Shown: in pieces, positions 57,058-64,000 of the stretch
Layout of the letters: the number at the start of each line of letters is the position of its first letter
Position numbering within the stretch: the stretch's first letter is position 1
Program-made: the position numbers and the translations under genes
Origin: Eledone cirrhosa
Taxonomy: Eukaryota
Direction: 5' to 3'
DNA: 64,000 nt
Assembly: GCA_964016885.1 (NCBI GenBank)
Contig: OZ024741.1
Coordinates: forward strand, 253,208,001 to 253,272,000
The notes under the pieces: model-generated
Told to the model about the DNA's origin: nothing
The model's input: only the letters and a program-made list of their open reading frames with translations
Databases searched by the model: none

Positions 57058-57267
57058 CAGGGTGTTTCAAAAAAATTGATATCAATGGCCTGTTCCCAAG
57101 GTTGTCGCATTGAAATATATTGTGAATTAATGTTATAACGTGGACATGTTTTGAGGAATAAATCTTGTGTTACTCAACATGGATCCTGCTTAGTCTCGTT
57201 GTCCTAGACCTTGTAGTTTCTGGGATATTTACATCTCAAATGATATTAAATTCTTTGAAACACCCTG
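57058..57267. mobile_element. Tc1/mariner-type MITE
   Basis: TA|CAGGGTGTTTCAAAAAAATT ... AATTCTTTGAAACACCCTG. Confidence 0.75.
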
Positions 57268-57667
57268 TTGCAAGAGTTGCCTCCCTTGTTGTGACGATCA
57301 CATCACCAGTAGAGTAACGCTCTCTAGACAGGAAGTAGCTGAAATTACTTCCCGTTGTGGTCGCCTTTTTTGTCACTTCTTGCAGGGACCATATAAAAGG
57401 GACAGCTCCAAGCTGTCTCCCTCTCATTTGCCCTTTCGGCTGCTGGACTTCGGCCAGGCGCGTTCGCCGAGGCTCTACTCTCTAGCAACCCTAACATGGT
57501 CTCTTGCGAGCTCACTTCAAAACGGTAACAAATAACTTTACTTCATATTTCATCTACTCTTGACATGTCAACAATTCTGCACTACATAACTTCAACTTGT
57601 TAATTAAACTTTATACACACAACCTGGTGTCTTGTTATATTTATACACACCAGTGTTCTGTTATAAC
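57266..57667 (+). mobile_element. Probable solo LTR inserted in the MITE end
   Basis: Starts TGTTGCAA, ends TTATAAC; TATAAAAG at 57392; ATTAAA near 57604; CCCTG repeated on both sides. Confidence 0.45.
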
Positions 57668-57668
57668 C

Positions 57669-57723
<55 letters not shown>

Positions 57724-58241
57724 TAGATAGATTGATTAATTGATTGATTGATAGGTAGATAGGTAGGTAGATAGATAAAAAATTTTATTAGCCACAAGGG
57801 CACAAAAGAAGGATAGATAGATAGACAGAAAGGCCACTAATACAAACACAAGAAAAGCAACAAGAACATCAACAATGGCAACAACAACATACAAACATCA
57901 TCATCATTGATATAGACACAGGTATAAGAGAAAAACAATCTCACCCTTATATACAATTACCTTCCAGCAGAAAGTGAATTCTTTCAAAAAATATAATTAA
58001 TGTAGGATGTTTTTATGAGATGAAATATGCTGTGTAAATATTGGTATACATAAACACACATCAGTATATACACATGGGTATATACACACACATACAGCGG
58101 TAGATACAGTCAAACACATATGTTTGCAGTTAAGAAAACACTCAGATGCAACTTTATAAGCACGGAACTATATATGTGCATATATACAAATATGCATCGC
58201 TGTGTGTGCGTATATATATATATATATATATACATACATAT

Positions 58242-58297
<56 letters not shown>

Positions 58298-58363
58298 ATA
58301 TGTGTATGTATGTATGTATATATATATACGCACACACAGCGATGCATATTTGTATATATGCAC

Positions 58364-58399
<36 letters not shown>

Positions 58400-58476
58400 G
58401 TACATGTGTGTGTGTGTATGCTAGAAGAGGAAGAAGCCTTTAAGGTCATGATTATGTATATTTATATATGTATATG

Positions 58477-58553
<77 letters not shown>

Positions 58554-59055
58554 ATATTTGGGGAGGGTCATATTTGCGTAATATTGCCAGAATTAATAAC
58601 AGAACACACTCACTGTTTGGTTGGTTTTCGCTTCTCGCTGTCTTTTATATATATATATCTGCGATCTAACTTACTCGGTCCTCAATGTTGCCATTGACTG
58701 ACCGGCGGTCAAAAATAATACAGATACAATATAGACAAACACATATATATATAGTTTACATAAATCTTTCGTTGCACATCTGCAACATCGTCAGTGGTGT
58801 TATATTCATTGTTCCTCCTGTTGTGTTGTATGTCTACGCCATTTTTTTGTTCAGTCTGTCTATATATTTATTTATTTATTTGCTTGTTTGTTTATCTTAT
58901 TTTATTTTGTCTTCTTTGCGCATGCGTTTGCGTGTGTGTATAGTGTTATGTGTGATGTGTGACTAGTGTGGATAGTGTTGTGTCTGCTGGGTGACTGGTG
59001 TGTGTTTATGTGCTTGTGTATGTATTTATTTATCTTATTTTATTTAATTTAATTT

Positions 59056-60149
59056 CTAAACGTAGCACGATGGAAAGCATCCAGCAGATAGCTAATTCCA
59101 TACACCAGAGTATAACTGTAACTATAGACTTCCCTTCCAAACACCCTAACAATAGACTACCTGTATTAGACACAGAACTCTGGATTAACACTATAGACGA
59201 GAGAGCCCAAATTCTCCACTCACACTATGCTAAACCCATGGCCTCCAAATACCTGATACTCAAAAACTCAGCAATGTCCAGTAGTGCTAAGTTTAATATT
59301 CTGATCGCAGATTTGGTACGAGTGATGAAGAATGTGTCCAGCATGTGCGACCCAACAGAAATGGAAGGACACATCCAACACTTCATCAACCGCATGCAGT
59401 TCTCTGGCTACAACCAAAGAGACAGAGTCAGAGTATACGAAGGAGCCATGGAAAAGTATAAGACCCTCATAGAACTGGACATGAAAGGAATTTGCCCACT
59501 ATACAGGAGCAAATCATGGAATAGCTTAGATAGGGCTAGACATAAGATAGGGAAGGCCACATCATGGTACGACAACCAGAGATATCAGAGTGTCATGTTT
59601 GTGGACGCCACCCCTGGAGGGAAATTAGCTAACCAGTGTAGAAAGGCCCTGAGAAAGACCCACTTAAAAATAAAGGTGGTAGAAAAGCCAGGAACCACCA
59701 TAAAATCCCTGATCAGCAAAACCTACCCTTTTAAGAAAACCCACTGTACCAATAGGAAATGTATCATATGTAAGGTGAACCCCCGGATAAACTGTAAAAC
59801 TAGAAACGTAGTCTATAGCATAAGATGTACAGAGGGTACTTGCAGAAACACGACAACAACATACATAGGTGAGACAGCTCGTAGCATAGGTGAAAGGATA
59901 GACCAACACTGGGGGGAACTAAAAGGACGAAAAAACGGGTCAGTACTATACGAACATGCTAGACAACATCATGACGGTAACATAGACAACATAGAAATTA
60001 GAATAATATCTAAACATAGGAATGACCCAGCAGATAGGCAAATCAGAGAGGCCAGTGAAATAGAAATTAGAAGACCAAAGCTAAACAGAAAGAATGAGTG
60101 GAACAACAACAACACCCAAACAAACAACACTGACCTAAGAGAAGTATAA
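59056..60149 (+). CDS. PLE RT C-terminus/thumb + Cys-rich linker + GIY-YIG endonuclease, N-terminally truncated
   Basis: LPVLDTELW, RMQFSGY, CTNRKCIIC..CKTRNVVYSIRC..YIGETARSIGERIDQH..EH..HH..REA..LN. Confidence 0.88.
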
Positions 60150-60413
60150 ATAAATAAGTAAATTAAATTAAATAAAATAAGATAAATAAATACATACACA
60201 AGCACATAAACACACACCAGTCACCCAGCAGACACAACACTATCCACACTAGTCACACATCACACATAACACTATACACACACGCAAACGCATGCGCAAA
60301 GAAGACAAAATAAAATAAGATAAACAAACAAGCAAATAAATAAATAAATATATAGACAGACTGAACAAAAAAATGGCGTAGACATACAACACAACAGGAG
60401 GAACAATGAATAT

Positions 60414-60477
60414 AACACCACTGACGATGTTGCAGATGTGCAACGAAAGATTTATGTAAACTATATATATATGTGTT
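60414..60477 (+). ncRNA. Hammerhead motif in pLTR; mirror on minus at 58738-58801
   Basis: CTGACGA t-gttgca-gatg-tgcaac GAAA gatttatgtaaac TA; stem I weak. Confidence 0.6.
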
Positions 60478-60811
60478 TGTCTATATTGTATCTGTATTAT
60501 TTTTGACCGCCGGTCAGTCAATGGCAACATTGAGGACCGAGTAAGTTAGATCGCAGATATATATATATAAAAGACAGCGAGAAGCGAAAACCAACCAAAC
60601 AGTGAGTGTGTTCTGTTATTAATTCTGGCAATATTACGCAAATATGACCCTCCCCAAATATAACAATATCTGTTTCGACACACGATTTCATATAAAAAAC
60701 CTCGCAAAACTATATATATATTTATATATATATATATATATACATATATGTACATACATATACATATATAAATATACATAATCATGAACTTAAAGGCTGC
60801 TTCCTCTTCTA

Positions 60812-60888
<77 letters not shown>

Positions 60889-61496
60889 CATATATATATA
60901 TATATATATGGTGGCTGCCAACTCGTTTTCGAGTACGGCCACTATTTTATATCCATGTAGGAGAACCCCTACCGAAGCGCTGAACGAGTGTGACTTTTTA
61001 GTCCAGCCAGCGACTTGAAAACACTGGTACAAACACTACACTTGTGACAATTATTGACACGTAGTGCTGGGCCCATGGTACCATGTGATGACAAGTGCAG
61101 AGAGATCTCCAGATATAAAGCAATGCCTGTGCAAAGGCACTGCACAAAGCCAGTCCCACTCTCTTAACCAAGATGATATTTACCAAAAAGAAGAACAAGT
61201 CAACATCATTGGATACCATCAGAGTTGCAGGTGTTATATCAGAGTTTTCCTTCTTCTAGAATTCTGCCTTGACAAAGGCTAAGGGGTCATCTCTCCCGGT
61301 GATTATGGATGGCCATTGACTCTTAAGAGCTCCTTTGCCCTTCGACAGGTTTTGTTTTTAGTCCTGCAGGATGTCCAAAGTCCCCCTCCTCACCAAGAAA
61401 CCTTGGTGGGGTTGCCAGTTTAGTCGCCAATGACCCGACCATTGGACAGGTTGTACTGGGCTACATGTTACCAGTAGCACCAACTGGTGACCTGAC

Positions 61497-61641
<145 letters not shown>

Positions 61642-61642
61642 G

Positions 61643-61737
<95 letters not shown>

Positions 61738-61893
61738 ATATATTATATATATATATATGTATATGTATGTATATATATATATGTATGTATATATATTATA
61801 TATATATATATGTATATGTATGTATATATATATATGTATGTATATATATTATATATATATATATGTATATGTATGTATATATATATATGTATG

Positions 61894-61997
<104 letters not shown>

Positions 61998-62327
61998 CAC
62001 ACATAAAACAAGAGACTCCCCCATATATAAACATTGCAAGTTAATCATCATCATCGTCATTAGTAGTAGTAGCAGGAGCAGCATATTACCTGACACTACC
62101 TCCAGCACAGTGTCACAACACAGTTTGAATGTCACTCTTAATTAACTCTTTGTATACATAAATACATCCCCACATACCTACACATACATACATAGATGCT
62201 CACACATACATATACATATATATAAGTATAAAGAGGAAATAAACACAGAGAACCAAAAACAGTTTTATTAGGTTTACTCTTATATATATATAGAATTATA
62301 TATATAAACATACATACATTTATATAT

Positions 62328-62717
62328 ATCATCATCATCATCATCATCAACGTTTAACGTCCCTGTTCCACGCTTGCATGGGTTTGGATGGGAGTTTTCC
62401 CACTTGAGGCAAGAGTGATTGTCTTGCTCGCATAGGACTGTCTGGCAGGTTTTCTACAGTTGGATGCCCTTCCTAACACCAACCACATTTACAGTGTGGG
62501 TCTGGGAGGTTTTTACCGTGTTGCCTACACTGCCACATTACAGCGTGGACTGTGTGTTTTTTTGTCGTGACACCTACACGATCTCATTTGTTTTGGCCTG
62601 GATGGTGTGGCACCAACATAACTTTACATAGAAGGGGCGGTGTGGATGGGGTGGGGGTGGTGGGACGGTGGTGTATTTTGTTAGAGATGCCTACTGACTG
62701 TAGTAGGTTTTACTTTG

Positions 62718-62720
<3 letters not shown>
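62328..62720 (-). mobile_element. RTE subfamily 2, 3'UTR fragment
   Basis: Matches 19860-20240. Confidence 0.88.
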
Positions 62721-62777
<57 letters not shown>

Positions 62778-62787
62778 CATATATATA

Positions 62788-64000
62788 CAGGGTGCGAACG
62801 ATATTTGTTTGCAAGATTACTGTCTAGGAAAAAATAACACAGTAGTTTTATTTTTTAAGATTTATTTATCAAACTTGGGTCAGTTTGTCTTCATGGCTTG
62901 TTCTTTCGATCTCACTCGATACACTCGCCATTGGCTTTAATGATGGCCTCAAGGCGGCCTCGGAACCGGCTACAGGTCTTTGTCACTGCCCCCCCCCCCC
63001 CCCCCGACTCAGGCCCCTAAAGGCACTTGTGATCCTGGCCTTCAGACTGTCTTTTGTATTGCCGATAGTTTTGTTGGTGTCTCGTTCCACTGCGCCCCAC
63101 ACAAAGAAGTCGAGGGGGTTGCAGTCAGGCGAGCTGGGAGGTCAGATGTCAGGTGAAGTGTGGTCGACGAAGTTCTCTGACAGCCAGGCTTGGGTCTTTC
63201 GGCTGGTATGGCAGGGCGTTGAGTCTTGCTGGCACACGTACGGCCTACCTGCAGCTACCTGGTCGATCTAGGGCTTTACTACCTCGCTCAGAACGCGGAT
63301 GTAGCCATCGGTGTTCAGCTTGAGGCCCTCAGGGAAGAAGTGAGGCGGCACGATATCACCTTGACTGCTGACGACACCTAACACCAATGTTGTCACTGGA
63401 AACTTTGTCTGCATGACTCTGGGCACGTCTTTGGATGAGACAGCAAGCCACATGTTGTTCTGAGAGTTGATCTTCTGGTCTTGGCAGAAGTTTTTCTCGT
63501 CAGAGAAAAACCACAGCATGTCTGGCTCCAGTGGGTGTTTCAACTTGTTGATCAGCTTCTTTGCATGCTTCAGTCGTTTTTCTTGCATCGCTTTTGACAG
63601 AAATTGTCCTTTCCTCATCTTGTATGAATCGTAGCAAATGTCTTCATGTACCACCAGCCTAATGATATTTTCATCCACGCCTTTCTCCCTTGCAATGGCA
63701 CGCATCGACTTGCTAGGTTCATTGTTGATGATATCCTGAACTTCAGCGACGAACTCGGGCATTCTGAAGGCGTCAGATTGTCGATCATGTGTTTTCCTCT
63801 CTGATGTTGCTTCGTAGTCGAATCCTGAATCTTTCAATTCCTTTCTGACCTTTTCCACCATTCTCCTCCCGGCGTGGATTCCAAGAAGAACTCCGTGTCT
63901 CTTCCACAAATTTGGAGGTTCAAAATTATTCATAATCAATTATTCTGAAAATAAATAATGGAAATATAGTCACTGTTTTTATGAAGACAAGAGTGACAAC
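62788..64000 (-). mobile_element. Tc1/mariner superfamily DD37D (maT) transposon, defective, runs off the window
   Basis: TA|CAGGGTG terminus; WFFSDEKNF, QQD..37 residues..SPDCNPLD; two Trp-to-stop changes and a C-run disruption; coding ~62912-63939. Confidence 0.9.

Larger units (their letters stand above)
58548..60710 (+). mobile_element. Penelope-like element, 5'-truncated, flanked by ~508-bp inverted pLTRs
   Basis: Arms 58548-59055 and 60160-60667 are reverse complements around a GIY-YIG ORF. Confidence 0.92.

Overview
A 64-kb window of AT-rich, repeat-dominated eukaryotic DNA, not prokaryotic. The repeat families (RTE LINEs with (ATG)n tails, CORE-type and Meta-type tRNA SINEs, Penelope-like elements, very long (AT)n tracts) suggest a cephalopod mollusc, probably Octopus; this is inference. 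Main content: two near-identical RTE LINEs lying tail-to-tail inside one minisatellite, the minus-strand copy apparently full length with an intact 1039-aa APE-RT-PHD ORF and five ~400-bp tandem 5' monomers; a second RTE subfamily; two GIY-YIG Penelope-like elements; a DD37D (maT) transposase; an R4/Dong-like relic; several MITEs; a 2.6-kb 10-mer satellite; many micro- and minisatellites. Reading both strands by eye reveals at least six different families of minimal type-I hammerhead ribozyme motifs, mostly within fold-back structures. One candidate host exon and two RFX X-box motifs hint at a host gene buried among the repeats. Most short ORFs in the track are microsatellite or antisense artefacts. 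All calls are by eye; boundaries are approximate.
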